Positions 37,794 to 48,914 of a stretch of DNA of 48,964 bases are shown one piece after another. How positions within the stretch are numbered: the stretch's first letter is position 1; each line of letters opens with the position of its first letter. The DNA is taken from NCBI GenBank assembly GCA_900769055.1, contig CAAGFF010000140.1, forward strand, positions 1 to 48,964. Direction: 5' to 3'. A program made the translations under genes and the position numbers. The notes under the pieces were generated by a model. That model was not told where the DNA came from and ran no database searches. It worked only from the letters and a program-made list of their open reading frames with translations. Source of the DNA: an uncultured Prevotella sp. (lineage in GTDB: Bacteria > Bacteroidota > Bacteroidia > Bacteroidales > Bacteroidaceae).

Positions 37794-38813
37794 CTATGGC
37801 TCTACAGTCGGCCATCCATCGTCTGTCCAGCTAATCTTTCTCTGCACCAATATTGCTGCCCCATCGTGGGCAACGCTGTAGCCATGGCATATGAAGATGT
37901 CACCATCAGGGAAGGAATAGGCCGCACAATGGCCAGCAGCCTGCAACGACACACCATCACCACCGAAGAACGGGGTTCCTCCTCCTACGGCCATGTCCTT
38001 GCCGGTGCGGTCAAGATATGGGCCGGTAATGGTGCGGCTCCGACCTACAGCCACCCGATATGTGCTCTTCTCGCCACGGCAGCAGTAGTCCCAGCTGACG
38101 AAGAGGAAATACCAGCCGTCCTTATGGAATATGAAGGGTGCCTCGATGGCGTTCTCGCCAGCATATTCAGAAGTAGGATTGCCACCATGAGGACGATTGT
38201 CGCCCCATCTGCGGGCAATGGTCTTGGGTGTACTGGCAGCATGCATGGTGCTGTCAAGGGGAATTATCTGAATACCATCCCAGAAACTTCCGAAAGTCAT
38301 CCATGGCCGCCCTGTGGCATCAGCACAAATGTTGGCATCTATGGCATTCCAGTTGTTGCGTTCCTGCCTGCTGGCGATGACGCATCCCTCATCAGTCCAT
38401 TCTGGTGCCGAGAGCGTGGGTGAGCTAATCAGTCCTATGGCAGAGGTATTCCTGCCGAATGTTGAGCAACTGTAGGCAATCCACCATCTGTTGTTGAAAC
38501 GGAAGATATCGGGTGCCCACACATGGTTGCGGAACCCCGGAACACTATCGTGAGTCCAGGCAGGAACTCCATCACGCCCCATGACACCACTGGGCTTGAA
38601 TGTCCAGGAACGGCGGTCAGATGATGTCATGAGTTGGATGCCCATACCGGTAGAGAACATATAATACAGGCCGTCCTCGTATGCCATGACGGGGTCATGG
38701 ACCATTGCCGTATCTGTGGTAAACTCCGTCATAGGACGTCGGCCACGTCCCTGGGCTGAGATGGAAGAAATGCCCAGCTCAATAAAGCAGAACAAGACCA
38801 GCAAACGCAGCAT
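37794..38813 (-). CDS. GH43 arabinanase (mirror copy)
   Basis: Identical to 10152-11171. Confidence 0.88.
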   Translation of the reverse strand: MLRLLVLFCFIELGISSISAQGRGRRPMTEFTTDTAMVHDPVMAYEDGLYYMFSTGMGIQLMTSSDRRSWTFKPSGVMGRDGVPAWTHDSVPGFRNHVWAPDIFRFNNRWWIAYSCSTFGRNTSAIGLISSPTLSAPEWTDEGCVIASRQERNNWNAIDANICADATGRPWMTFGSFWDGIQIIPLDSTMHAASTPKTIARRWGDNRPHGGNPTSEYAGENAIEAPFIFHKDGWYFLFVSWDYCCRGEKSTYRVAVGRSRTITGPYLDRTGKDMAVGGGTPFFGGDGVSLQAAGHCAAYSFPDGDIFICHGYSVAHDGAAILVQRKISWTDDGWPTVEP

Positions 38814-39354
38814 AGCAAATCATTTTTATAGGGTTTATCTTTATATAATATGTACCCACGAAGGTAGCTATGAACAGGCCGATGCTGATGAAAAACTGCC
38901 AGGAATTATCATCCATGGAACCGAAGTTCTCACGGTTCATGAGCAGCAAGGCAGCAGCGGCAAGCAATCCCACCACGGTTGGGCGCAGCCCAAGAAATAT
39001 GCTCTGCACGGCAGGTGTGTTCATATAGCGCATGAACATCTTGCTGATGAGAACCATAAGCACGAACGAGGGCAACACCAGTGCGAAGGTGGCTGTAGCA
39101 GAACCAAGAACAGCCAAGGTCCCGCCATAGCCGGCATTATGTACTGCGGCATACCCGCAATATGTTGCCGAATTGATGCCTATGGGGCCCGGGGTCATCT
39201 GCGATATGGCCACTATATTGGTAAACTCAGCCGTTGTAAGCCACTGGTGTATGGTTACAGTCTGCGTCTGAATGAGCGACAGCATACCATAGCCGCCTCC
39301 GAAGCCGAAGAGGCCGATGACGAAGAAGGTGTAGAAGAGTTCGAGGAATATCAT
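38779..39354 (-). CDS. chrA: Chromate transporter subunit 2 (mirror copy)
   Basis: Identical to 9611-10186. Confidence 0.9.
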   Translation of the reverse strand: MIFLELFYTFFVIGLFGFGGGYGMLSLIQTQTVTIHQWLTTAEFTNIVAISQMTPGPIGINSATYCGYAAVHNAGYGGTLAVLGSATATFALVLPSFVLMVLISKMFMRYMNTPAVQSIFLGLRPTVVGLLAAAALLLMNRENFGSMDDNSWQFFISIGLFIATFVGTYYIKINPIKMICYAAFAGLVLLY

Positions 39355-39364
39355 ATATATTCTG

Positions 39365-39913
39365 TTACTGCTCTGTCGGTTTTATAAATTGTCCATAGAG
39401 ATATCCCGCCACTCCAGCCGCAATAATAACGTATATGGGGTTTACGCCAAGGGCATAGATGAGCAGTGCCGTAATGATGGGAATCCAGCAGTTGTACAAA
39501 CCTATATGCGCGCTCTTGGCCAGATTGAAGGTTGGGGCGGCAATTAGGGCAACAACTGCCGGGCGTATGCCACGGAACATCGCTGCTATCCATGGAACAT
39601 CCATGAAGCGGTGGAAGAAAAGAGCTATGACGAGGATGATGAGGAACGAGGGCAGAGCCGTGCCGAGAGTAGTACACAACGCTCCGCGCTTCCTGCGGAG
39701 CTTGTAGCCTATAAAGGTACTGATGTTGATGGCGAAGACTCCGGGGCAGCTCTGTGCCACTGCTATCAGGTCGAGCATCTCCTCGCGGGTGGCCCACTTG
39801 TGCTTGTTTACCACCTCCTCTTCTATAATAGGAATCATGGCGTATCCACCCCCAAGGGTGAATGCGCCAATCTTAAAGAAGGTTTTGAACAGTGTCAAAT
39901 AGATGTTGTCCAT
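39365..39913 (-). CDS. chrA: Chromate transporter subunit 1 (mirror copy)
   Basis: Identical to 9052-9600. Confidence 0.9.
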   Translation of the reverse strand: MDNIYLTLFKTFFKIGAFTLGGGYAMIPIIEEEVVNKHKWATREEMLDLIAVAQSCPGVFAINISTFIGYKLRRKRGALCTTLGTALPSFLIILVIALFFHRFMDVPWIAAMFRGIRPAVVALIAAPTFNLAKSAHIGLYNCWIPIITALLIYALGVNPIYVIIAAGVAGYLYGQFIKPTEQ

Positions 39914-39975
39914 TGTGTTTTTATAGAGTTGACGAGTTGACAAATTAACGAACTGTCAAGCTGATGCCTTTTTTG

Positions 39976-40024
39976 GTTGAAAATTCAACTTTCAACTTTC
40001 AACTTTCAACTTTCAACTTTCAAC
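39976..40024. repeat. Heptamer (TTTCAAC)n repeat (mirror copy)
   Basis: Reverse complement of 8941-8989; same copy number. Confidence 0.85.
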
Positions 40025-43000
40025 TTTAATCTCTTCTCTATCCACTTGCGTGCATTGACGAAGGCCTCTATCCACGGAGTCACCTCGTCGTCACGGTGTG
40101 CTGCCTCCTGCCATCCAAGCTGCCATGGGAAGATGGCGCGCTCAAGGTGTGGCATCATGGCCAGATGACGGCCGTCGGCAGAGCAGATGCCCGCAACGTT
40201 ATAGTCTGAGCCATTGGGGTTACCGGGATAGCCGGTGTAGTTGTATTTTGCAACCACATTGTACTTCTCCTCTGCCTCAGGCAGTTCGAAGCGGCCCTCG
40301 CCATGGGCTACCCACAGGCCGAGCTTACTGCCGCTGAGCGAACCGAAGAGCACGCTGTTGTTCTGAGGTATGGACAACGAGAGGTATGCACTCTCAAACT
40401 TGTGCGAGCGGTTGTGGAGCAGGTGTGCACGGTGCTCGTGCTCGGGATTGATGAGATTAAGCTCTACCATCAGCTGGCATCCATTACAGATACCCAGAGA
40501 CAAGGTGTCCTCACGGGCATAGAACTTGTCGAGAGCCTCCTTAGCCTTGGGGTTGTAGAGGAATGCTCCCGCCCATCCCTTGGCAGAGCCAAGAACGTCA
40601 GAGTTGGAGAAACCACCACAGAAGACTATCATGTTAATGTCATCGAGGGTCTCGCGACCGTTAATGAGGTCAGTCATCATGACGTCCTTCACGTCGAAGC
40701 CAGCAAGATAGAGCGAATATGCCATCTCGCGCTCGCCGTTGGTACCCTTTTCCCTTATTATCGCTGCCTTGACGCCACTGGGCTGCCTGCGGTCAGCAGA
40801 GATGCCGTACTGGGCCAGCTTGCCCGTGAAGGCAGCAGGGTAGCAGAGCTCTACTGGCTGGTGCTTATAGTTCTCGGCACGTTGCTTGGCCATGCCATTC
40901 ATGCTCTGCTTGCGGTCGAGGAGATACGAGGTCTTATACCACTTGTCGCGAAGTGCGTCGATGTCGAAGCTATGGCTCCACTCGCCCTTGACAACTTTCA
41001 GGGTACGTCCCTCTGGAACGGGATAGCCAATCTTGGCATAGCCGATGCCGTTGTCCTCAAGATACTCCCTGAGATCATTCTTGTGCTCGTCAGAAACCTG
41101 AATGACAACGCCTGGGTTCTCAGCCATGAGGTTCTTTACGACATCATCGCCAGCAAGGTCGTGAAGGTTGATGTTCAGACCACCCTTGGTATTGGCGAAT
41201 GTCATCTCAAGCAGGGTTGTCAGCAAACCACCAGCCGAAATGTCATGTCCGGCCATTATCCAACCACGGCGAATAAGTTCCTGTATGGCATTGAAGCAGT
41301 CGGCGAAATACTCAGGATTCTTCACTGTAGGTACGTCACTGCCCACTTTGCCGAGGCTCTGGGCAAATGCCGAACCACCAAGGCGCTGCTCGTCGAAGCT
41401 GAAGTCTATATGGTAAAGGCTTGAATTCTTGTCATTAACGATTACCGGCGACACCACTTTCCTGATGTCCTCAACCTCACCGCCACTCGATACTATCACT
41501 GTACCAGGAGAGACAATCTTCTCACCATCAGGATATTGCTGCGACAACGAGAGCGAGTCTTTTCCTGTAGGAACGTTCACCCCAATGGCACAGCAGAAGT
41601 CGCTAAGCGCCTCGACGGCAGCATAGAGACGTGCATCCTCACCCTTCTGCGAGCGGCAAGGCCACATCCAGTTTGCCGAAAGACTGATATTCTCAATTGG
41701 CGACGGGTTGTTGGCGTCAGTTGCCATCGGTGCCCATACGATGTTGGTCAGCGACTCTGCCACAGAGAGCACACTGCCTGCCTCCGGGCTGGCGAGTCCT
41801 GCCTGTGGCGCATGACCGAGAGCTGTAGCGATACCCTTGCGTCCACGGTAGTCGAGAGCCACAACACCACAGTCGCTCAACGGCAGCTGCAGCTGTCCCT
41901 GGCACTGCTGGCGTGCCACCTTGCCCGTTACGGAGCGGTCTACCTTGTTGGTGAGCCAGTCCTTGCAGGCAACGGCCTCCAGCTGGAGCATACGCTCGGC
42001 ATAGGCATCTATCTCGTCGAGGCTGTAAGTTACATCCTCATATTTTCTCTCTACGGTCTCGTCAACCATAACGGTCTTTGGAGAATGACCAAACATCTGG
42101 GCCACATCAAGGTCGAAAGGCTTCTTGCCGTCAGACTGCACGAAGCTGAAGTGTGCATCGCCAGTTGTCTCGCCGACAACATACATCGGGGCACGCTCAC
42201 GCTCTGCAATCTTCTGCACATGCTCAAGGTGTTTCTCGTCAATGAGAAGTCCCATGCGCTCCTGCGACTCGTTGGCAATAATCTCCTTTGCGCTCAAGGT
42301 CTTGTCACCGATTGGCAGTTTCGACATGTCTATCGCGCCTCCACACTCCTCGACCAGCTCCGACAGACAGTTCAGGTGGCCTGCCGAGCCATGGTCGTGA
42401 ATGCTCACTACCGGATTGTTGTCCTCCTCCACCAGTGCTCTCACGAGGTTGTAGGCGCGCTTCTGCATCTCTGGATTAGCACGCTGCACGGCATTAAGCT
42501 CTATGCCGTTGCTGTAGCGTCCTGTGTCTACGGATGATACCGAGCCACCGCCAAGACCGATGCGGTAGTTGTCACCACCGACGACGACAACCTTGTTGCC
42601 CTTCTGCGGCTCCTTCTTCAGGCAGTCTCGCTTGGTGCCATAGCCAACGCCACCTGCAAGCATGATTACCTTGTCATAGGCGTATTTCTCATTGTTCTCC
42701 TGATGCTCAAACGTGAGGAGGGAACCAGTGATGAGAGGCTGACCAAACTTGTTACCGAAGTCGCTGGCACCATTCGAGGCTTTGACAAGTATCTGTTCCG
42801 GACTCTGATAGAGCCATTTCCTCACGGGCAGTATGTCCTCCCAGTCGCGTGAGCTGTCGGCATTGCCATTATCGTCAGTCAGACGCGGATAGGCAGTCAT
42901 GTATACTGCCGTACCAGCTATAGGCCATGAGCCAACGCCACCGCCCATACGGTCGCGTATCTCACCGCCTGTTCCGGTAGCAGCACCGTTGAAAGGCTCT

Positions 43001-43764
43001 ACGGTGGTTGGGAAGTTGTGTGTCTCGGCCTTGAGCGAGATGACACTCTCTATGTCCTTCACCTTGAACCAGTCGGCAGTAGACTGGTCGGCTGGAGCGA
43101 ACTGCTCTATGACGGGACCCTGCGCAAAAGCCACATTGTCCTTATAGGCTGACAGTATCTTTCCAGGATGCTGCTGGGTGGTCTTCTTGATGAGGGCAAA
43201 GAGGGAGCTTTCCTTCTCCTTACCGTCAATGATGAATGTGCCACCGAATATCTTGTGACGGCAATGCTCGGAGTTAATCTGGGCAAAGCCGAATATCTCG
43301 GAGTCGGTGAGTGGACGTCCGTTCTGCTTTTCCATGTTGTGGAGATACTCCATCTCCTCAGGCGACAGGGCAAGTCCCTCTTCCTCATTGAACTTCTCCA
43401 GATTGTCTACAAACTTGATTGGCTCTGGAGTATGGCTGACAGTGAACACCGTCTGGTCAAGACCATCGTACATGCGCTGGAGCATAGGGTCGTGGTCGGC
43501 ATCCTTTGAGCCAACGGGGAAGTACTCCTCTATACGTGTAACGCCAGCAAGTCCCATGTTCTGGGTAATCTCAACAGCATTGGTACTCCACGGGGTAATC
43601 ATCTCACGTCGTGGACCTACGAAATAGCCTCCGAGAGTGTCGGAGTCCAAACACTCAGCGTCGCCAAAGAGCCAGCAAAGCTCGTTGACCTCGTCTTGGC
43701 TGGGCTGGTGATTGATCTCAGCCGCAATAACATTCTCCTGGGGAGTCTTAAAGAACAGAATCAT
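40006..43764 (-). CDS. purL: Phosphoribosylformylglycinamidine synthase (mirror copy)
   Basis: Identical to 5201-8959. Confidence 0.96.
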   Translation of the reverse strand: MILFFKTPQENVIAAEINHQPSQDEVNELCWLFGDAECLDSDTLGGYFVGPRREMITPWSTNAVEITQNMGLAGVTRIEEYFPVGSKDADHDPMLQRMYDGLDQTVFTVSHTPEPIKFVDNLEKFNEEEGLALSPEEMEYLHNMEKQNGRPLTDSEIFGFAQINSEHCRHKIFGGTFIIDGKEKESSLFALIKKTTQQHPGKILSAYKDNVAFAQGPVIEQFAPADQSTADWFKVKDIESVISLKAETHNFPTTVEPFNGAATGTGGEIRDRMGGGVGSWPIAGTAVYMTAYPRLTDDNGNADSSRDWEDILPVRKWLYQSPEQILVKASNGASDFGNKFGQPLITGSLLTFEHQENNEKYAYDKVIMLAGGVGYGTKRDCLKKEPQKGNKVVVVGGDNYRIGLGGGSVSSVDTGRYSNGIELNAVQRANPEMQKRAYNLVRALVEEDNNPVVSIHDHGSAGHLNCLSELVEECGGAIDMSKLPIGDKTLSAKEIIANESQERMGLLIDEKHLEHVQKIAERERAPMYVVGETTGDAHFSFVQSDGKKPFDLDVAQMFGHSPKTVMVDETVERKYEDVTYSLDEIDAYAERMLQLEAVACKDWLTNKVDRSVTGKVARQQCQGQLQLPLSDCGVVALDYRGRKGIATALGHAPQAGLASPEAGSVLSVAESLTNIVWAPMATDANNPSPIENISLSANWMWPCRSQKGEDARLYAAVEALSDFCCAIGVNVPTGKDSLSLSQQYPDGEKIVSPGTVIVSSGGEVEDIRKVVSPVIVNDKNSSLYHIDFSFDEQRLGGSAFAQSLGKVGSDVPTVKNPEYFADCFNAIQELIRRGWIMAGHDISAGGLLTTLLEMTFANTKGGLNINLHDLAGDDVVKNLMAENPGVVIQVSDEHKNDLREYLEDNGIGYAKIGYPVPEGRTLKVVKGEWSHSFDIDALRDKWYKTSYLLDRKQSMNGMAKQRAENYKHQPVELCYPAAFTGKLAQYGISADRRQPSGVKAAIIREKGTNGEREMAYSLYLAGFDVKDVMMTDLINGRETLDDINMIVFCGGFSNSDVLGSAKGWAGAFLYNPKAKEALDKFYAREDTLSLGICNGCQLMVELNLINPEHEHRAHLLHNRSHKFESAYLSLSIPQNNSVLFGSLSGSKLGLWVAHGEGRFELPEAEEKYNVVAKYNYTGYPGNPNGSDYNVAGICSADGRHLAMMPHLERAIFPWQLGWQEAAHRDDEVTPWIEAFVNARKWIEKRLKLKVES

Positions 43765-44029
43765 AAAAAAGTCTTTTTTATTCGGTAACTAAACTAATTA
43801 TTCTCTATAACCACTGGCAGCAGAGGAATAACAGGTGCGTACACACGCACATACATACAACTCATTTGCCACTGCAAAGGTAATGCAATCAAGTGGAATA
43901 ACAAAACAAAAACCAGATTTTGTGCTTATTGACAGCAACAGCCACACAAAGGCACTACTTACGAAACTTTGATTATTGCTTGCGTAATTTGATGGAAATG
44001 TTTATATTTGCAAGCAAAACAGATTTTTT

Positions 44030-46177
44030 ATGAACAGCAAGATTACTATCGCGGCACTCATGGCTACAGCACTGACCATGGGAGGCTGCAAGACACAAGA
44101 GACTGCAGGCAACATGACAACAGCAGGTGAGACAGGGCACGTAAACGCGCTCTTGGAGAAAAGCAAGAACATCCACGGCATCGAGTCGTTCGACAAACTG
44201 ACTGCCGATGACTACCGCGAGGCTATCCTCGAAGGTGTGGAGGAACAGAAGAAAAACGTGGAAACCATAGCCGGGAACAAGGCAAAGCCCACATTCCAAA
44301 ACACTATTGCCGCCCTCGACCGCAGCGGCGAGGGTCTGAACCGTGCATCGGGAACATTCTGGCCGCTGTCAAGCAGCAACTCCACGCCTGAGTTCAGGGC
44401 TCTCGACAAGGAGCTGTCACCAATACTCTCCGCCCACAGCGATGACATATACATGAACGACAAGCTCTTCGAGAGGGTGAAGGCCGTGTATGACGATGCC
44501 GACTCCACATTGCTGTCGAAGGAAGAGATGAAGGTTACGGAGAACATATACAAACGCTTCGAGAGAAATGGTGCCAACCTATCAGCCGAGGACAAGGAGA
44601 AACTGCGCAAGCTGAACCTGGAGATTTCCGACTTGCAGGTGCAGTTCTCACAAAACCTGCTGCATGAGACCAACAACACCTTCGTCACCGTTGACAGGCT
44701 TGAGGACCTTCAGGGACTGCCACAGCCTGACATCGACCGCGCAGCGGCAATGGCTGCTGCCCAGGGACAGCCGGGAAAGTGGATGTTCAACATGCAGAGG
44801 GCATCGTGCAACCCCGTCCTGCAATATTGCAGCAACAGGGAACTGAGACGCAAGGTTTACCAGGCATATTGCAACCGGGGCAATCAGGGCAACGACTACG
44901 ACAGCAAGGCCATCTGCGCAAAACTGGTGAAGCTGCGCCTCGAACGGGCAAAGCTCATGGGCTTCAGGAACTGCGCCTCACAAATCCTCGACACCCGTAT
45001 GGCAAAGACCCCAGAGGCTGTCTACGCCCTGCTCGACCAGGTATGGACACCTGCCGTTGCCAAGGCCAACGAGGAACTCGACGACATACGCACCGAAATG
45101 AGGAAAGACGGGCTTGACTGCGAGCCGGAAGGCTGGGACTACCGCTACTACATGGAGCGTGCCCGCAAGGCTAAGTTCAACTTCGATGAGAGCAAGCTGT
45201 CGGAATATCTTGAGATAAACAACGTCCTAAAGGGAGTGTTCTACGTTGCCAACAAGCTCTATGGCGTGTCGTTCAGGGAAATCACCGACAAGGCTCCGGC
45301 CTATGAGCCCACGGCACAGGCATGGGAGGTGTACGATGCCGACTCCACCCTTCTCGCCATCTTCTACAGCGACTACATGCCTCGCGACGGCAAGAGGGCT
45401 GGAGCATGGTGTACATCGTTCAGAGGACAGAGATATGACAACGGCAGCAGGGTTGAGCCAATTGTTGTCAACGTATGCAGCATGACTCCGCCAAGTGCCG
45501 AGAAACCTGCTCTGCAGACCATCGACAATGTTCAGACCATGTTCCATGAGTTCGGGCACGCCCTGCACAGTTTTTTGCGCGATGTCCACTACAACAGCGT
45601 GGCTTCGGTAGAGCGCGACTTCGTGGAGCTGCCATCGCAGATAAACGAGCATTGGGCTTTCGAGCCACAGGTACTCGACGTGTACGCCAAGCATTATGTC
45701 ACGGGCGAGAAGCTGCCACAGGAACTGCTCGACAAATACCTTGCCGCAAGCAAGTACGGACAGGGATTTGCTACCGTTGAATATCTTGCAGCAGCATACT
45801 CTGACATGGACCTCCATGTGCTCACGGAGGTACCAGAGGACATTGACGTGATGAAGTTCGAGGAGGAGAAACTGAGGCAAAGGGGCATCCCACGACAGAT
45901 ACAGCCCCGATACCGCATAACAAACTTCTCGCATACCATGGGCGGAGGATATACAGCCGGCTACTACAGCTACCTCTGGGCTGAGGTTCTCGATGCTGAT
46001 GGTTTCGAGGCATTCAAGGAGACAGGCGACATCTTCAACCAGGAAGTTGCATCCCGTTTCCGCAAATACGTTCTCACCCCCGGCGGTATAGACGATGGCA
46101 TGACCATGTACCGCAACTTCCGAGGTGCCGAGCCAAAGATTGACGCTCTGCTCAAAAACAGAGGACTGGCAGAATAG
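44030..46177 (+). CDS. dcp: M3 metallopeptidase Dcp (mirror copy)
   Basis: Identical to 2788-4935. Confidence 0.9.
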   Translation: MNSKITIAALMATALTMGGCKTQETAGNMTTAGETGHVNALLEKSKNIHGIESFDKLTADDYREAILEGVEEQKKNVETIAGNKAKPTFQNTIAALDRSGEGLNRASGTFWPLSSSNSTPEFRALDKELSPILSAHSDDIYMNDKLFERVKAVYDDADSTLLSKEEMKVTENIYKRFERNGANLSAEDKEKLRKLNLEISDLQVQFSQNLLHETNNTFVTVDRLEDLQGLPQPDIDRAAAMAAAQGQPGKWMFNMQRASCNPVLQYCSNRELRRKVYQAYCNRGNQGNDYDSKAICAKLVKLRLERAKLMGFRNCASQILDTRMAKTPEAVYALLDQVWTPAVAKANEELDDIRTEMRKDGLDCEPEGWDYRYYMERARKAKFNFDESKLSEYLEINNVLKGVFYVANKLYGVSFREITDKAPAYEPTAQAWEVYDADSTLLAIFYSDYMPRDGKRAGAWCTSFRGQRYDNGSRVEPIVVNVCSMTPPSAEKPALQTIDNVQTMFHEFGHALHSFLRDVHYNSVASVERDFVELPSQINEHWAFEPQVLDVYAKHYVTGEKLPQELLDKYLAASKYGQGFATVEYLAAAYSDMDLHVLTEVPEDIDVMKFEEEKLRQRGIPRQIQPRYRITNFSHTMGGGYTAGYYSYLWAEVLDADGFEAFKETGDIFNQEVASRFRKYVLTPGGIDDGMTMYRNFRGAEPKIDALLKNRGLAE

Positions 46178-46187
46178 CCAAAGCCTC

Positions 46188-46303
46188 AGAAGCCCCCCTG
46201 CCAAGCCCCCCTGCCCCCCGGTGGGGGGGGCTCAGACCTTTGACCTTAGTCCTTTGACCTTTGACTTCTCCCTCCCTTTAAGGGAGGGTTGGGGAGGGTC
46301 CCC
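46188..46303. repeat. REP-like element (mirror copy)
   Basis: Reverse complement of 2662-2777. Confidence 0.55.
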
Positions 46304-48802
46304 TCAAAAACCAATTTTCCTCTTAGGTTCTTTCCGGACATACTTAGCCGCCACAACCTTCATGTCGGCCTCCGTCACCTCCCGATTTCCACTCATGCCA
46401 TCAGCCGTGGCTGAGAAGATACGCTCGGAGACGGCAGGTATGATGTCTCTGTCAACAAGCTGTTCCATCCAGCGGGCATTACTGAAATCACGGCTCTTGT
46501 TGGCAGTCTGTTCTTCTACGAGTGAGCGCATCATGTCAGCAGCAGCAGGCGTCATGGCAAGCCCGTTGGCAGCAAGATAGCTGGTGCCAATTTCCATAAG
46601 TTCCTCAACGCTGTAGTCATCGAAGTGCAGGTGATGCGGAAAGCGGCCTCGCAGTCCGGGATTGGCATCCAGCATCCTGTCCATATCATTCGCATACCCA
46701 GCCATTATGACCACCATGTCAGGATTCTTGCCCGAGAGCACGGTAAGCAGGCATTCTATAGCCCTGTAGCCGAAGTCCTTCCGGTCATCGGCAGTGTCTA
46801 TGAGCGAATACGCCTCGTCGATGAAGAGTACGTTGCCGCGCGCCTGCTCCAGCGTGTGCTGCATGTTCTGCTCCGTCTGTCCGATGTAGCGTCCCACGAT
46901 GGTACTTCTCTCAGCCACCACGACATTTCCCTTGGAGAGGATACCCAGCGCATGGAACACCTTGCCGAGCTTCTTGGCCACGGTGGTCTTGCCCGTGCCT
47001 GGATTACCAGTGAATATCAGATGATGGCAATTGGCGGCAGGCTTGCCACCTGCCCCGGTTCTGCTATTGTCGAACATCGCTTTCATGGCAATGTTCCTGA
47101 TGGTCTTCTTTACGTTCTGCAGCCCCACCATCCCGTTGATATCCTCCAAGCTGTCGGCAACATTGCTGCCGCATCCCATGGGTGTCCAGTTGATGTCGCA
47201 GGACTCAATGGTTGTGAGCGCATGGTGTATGTCGCCGCTGGCCTTGAAGCAGGACGTAATCATCCTCTTCTGGAAGCCCTCCATCAGCGACTCGTCGACA
47301 AAGCGCTTGCAGAACTCCGGGGTCTTGCGTCCCATCTGCCCTGCCTCAGCCCTCTTCCGCAAGCCCGACAATACGGCCTTGGCAGCCTCTGCAGACAACG
47401 TCAGCTCACGGCTGGCAAGTTCCTGCTGTATGCCGTACATAATCTCGTCTACTGTCAGCGGCTCTATCTCCACCTTGTTTCCTGCCGGCACCTTGCCAGC
47501 CATGACGGGAAACAGCTCCAGCAGTTTCTCTATCTCCGTCCTGTTGCCGAGCAAGAACATCGTTGGAGAATTGCCGTTGGCCATGCACTCCTCTATGTAC
47601 GCTCCCACCTGGCGGCCTGTTGCCCACAGCAGCGAGCTGACACCATATAAGCACACCACCTTGCCCGTATCGCTCATCTTGTCACGGACCTCCTCCATTG
47701 GGTCAGCAATATTCGATGGTCGGGTAAGCTCAGAGGCGTCAACGCTCTCGAATATCTTTCCCGGCATGGAGATATTGGCAAAACGCTCTATGGCGGTTCT
47801 CGTTGCCACATCAGGCTCGCCAATTATTACGTGATGGTCGCAACGCCAGATGGCAGCAACCTCGTGCGTCCTTCTCAGCTCGTTATGAATGGCCAGGCGG
47901 CAATAGTCCAGGGCATGCCGCTTCAGCTGCCCGCAGCCAACGATATCCCTTAGTGCCTTCCACACCTTGCTGTCATGAGCATCCTGTATCAGCCTGCCTG
48001 CCATCACGTGGTCGTGACTCCCGGGACTGACGCTTTCCCATCCTGTCACCCGGACATCCTTGCCATCACGCACAGTCAGGTCTACCCTTGCAAAGGGCTC
48101 GCCATTGTGTGTTACCATACATGCGTATGCGCCATCAGCCCATGGTCGCGCAGCCGTCACCACCATACGGACATTCCTCCCCGCAGCCTGCTTCCTCGGC
48201 ATGCAGCACCCTTGCGCCACAAGCATTAGCGAGCTGTTGTGACAATAGACATCGAAGACTTCCTTCTGTCCCCCACTCCACCTGCAGTCCATGCTCAGCA
48301 CCAGCTCCCGGCTGTCGGCTATGGTTGCCGTTACATTGGTTATTTCTGGATGGCTGAGTTTCTCGCCGTTGGCCAGCACCGTGAACGAATAAGTGCACGA
48401 GCATCCATCAGAGGACAGCCTGACATCGGGAGTCTCTGGGGTGATGTTCGTCAGTTGCAAGCGATAGATGCCTGGTACCAGCTTGTCGGCAATGTCATCA
48501 ATGGTCTGCAGGAAATAGTCGCCGTCGAAGGATGGAGAGTACTCCGTCTGGAACAGAGGCTCAGCAAGCCCCCGCCTGAACAGCTCTATCCTGAACGACT
48601 GCCCGTCTGGGTCGCATTGGCAACTGATGTTGTCAATGTCTATTGTAATTGCGAGAGTATCTTGCTGGAAGACGTATGGCGGTTTGCGAATCGTCTTCAT
48701 GTCGGTAGTGCCAACGGTAATATTGATATTTCGGAATGTGAAATCAGACATTATAGGCTCCATCTTTTGCGTGGAGCCGGTTTCCCTTAACATTTCTATC
48801 AT
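46304..48802 (-). CDS. SpoVK/CbbX-like AAA+ ATPase (mirror copy)
   Basis: Identical to 163-2661. Confidence 0.85.
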   Translation of the reverse strand: MIEMLRETGSTQKMEPIMSDFTFRNINITVGTTDMKTIRKPPYVFQQDTLAITIDIDNISCQCDPDGQSFRIELFRRGLAEPLFQTEYSPSFDGDYFLQTIDDIADKLVPGIYRLQLTNITPETPDVRLSSDGCSCTYSFTVLANGEKLSHPEITNVTATIADSRELVLSMDCRWSGGQKEVFDVYCHNSSLMLVAQGCCMPRKQAAGRNVRMVVTAARPWADGAYACMVTHNGEPFARVDLTVRDGKDVRVTGWESVSPGSHDHVMAGRLIQDAHDSKVWKALRDIVGCGQLKRHALDYCRLAIHNELRRTHEVAAIWRCDHHVIIGEPDVATRTAIERFANISMPGKIFESVDASELTRPSNIADPMEEVRDKMSDTGKVVCLYGVSSLLWATGRQVGAYIEECMANGNSPTMFLLGNRTEIEKLLELFPVMAGKVPAGNKVEIEPLTVDEIMYGIQQELASRELTLSAEAAKAVLSGLRKRAEAGQMGRKTPEFCKRFVDESLMEGFQKRMITSCFKASGDIHHALTTIESCDINWTPMGCGSNVADSLEDINGMVGLQNVKKTIRNIAMKAMFDNSRTGAGGKPAANCHHLIFTGNPGTGKTTVAKKLGKVFHALGILSKGNVVVAERSTIVGRYIGQTEQNMQHTLEQARGNVLFIDEAYSLIDTADDRKDFGYRAIECLLTVLSGKNPDMVVIMAGYANDMDRMLDANPGLRGRFPHHLHFDDYSVEELMEIGTSYLAANGLAMTPAAADMMRSLVEEQTANKSRDFSNARWMEQLVDRDIIPAVSERIFSATADGMSGNREVTEADMKVVAAKYVRKEPKRKIGF

Positions 48803-48816
48803 GGCAATTTTTTTTA

Positions 48817-48914
48817 AAGTTGACAAGTTTACAAGTTGACGAGTATACAAGTTGACGAGTTCTTCGACGAGCGAAGCGGCAGAGCCAAGCGGACGAGTAT
48901 ACAAGTAAACAAGT
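48817..48914. repeat. Octamer repeat (mirror copy)
   Basis: Reverse complement of 51-148. Confidence 0.75.
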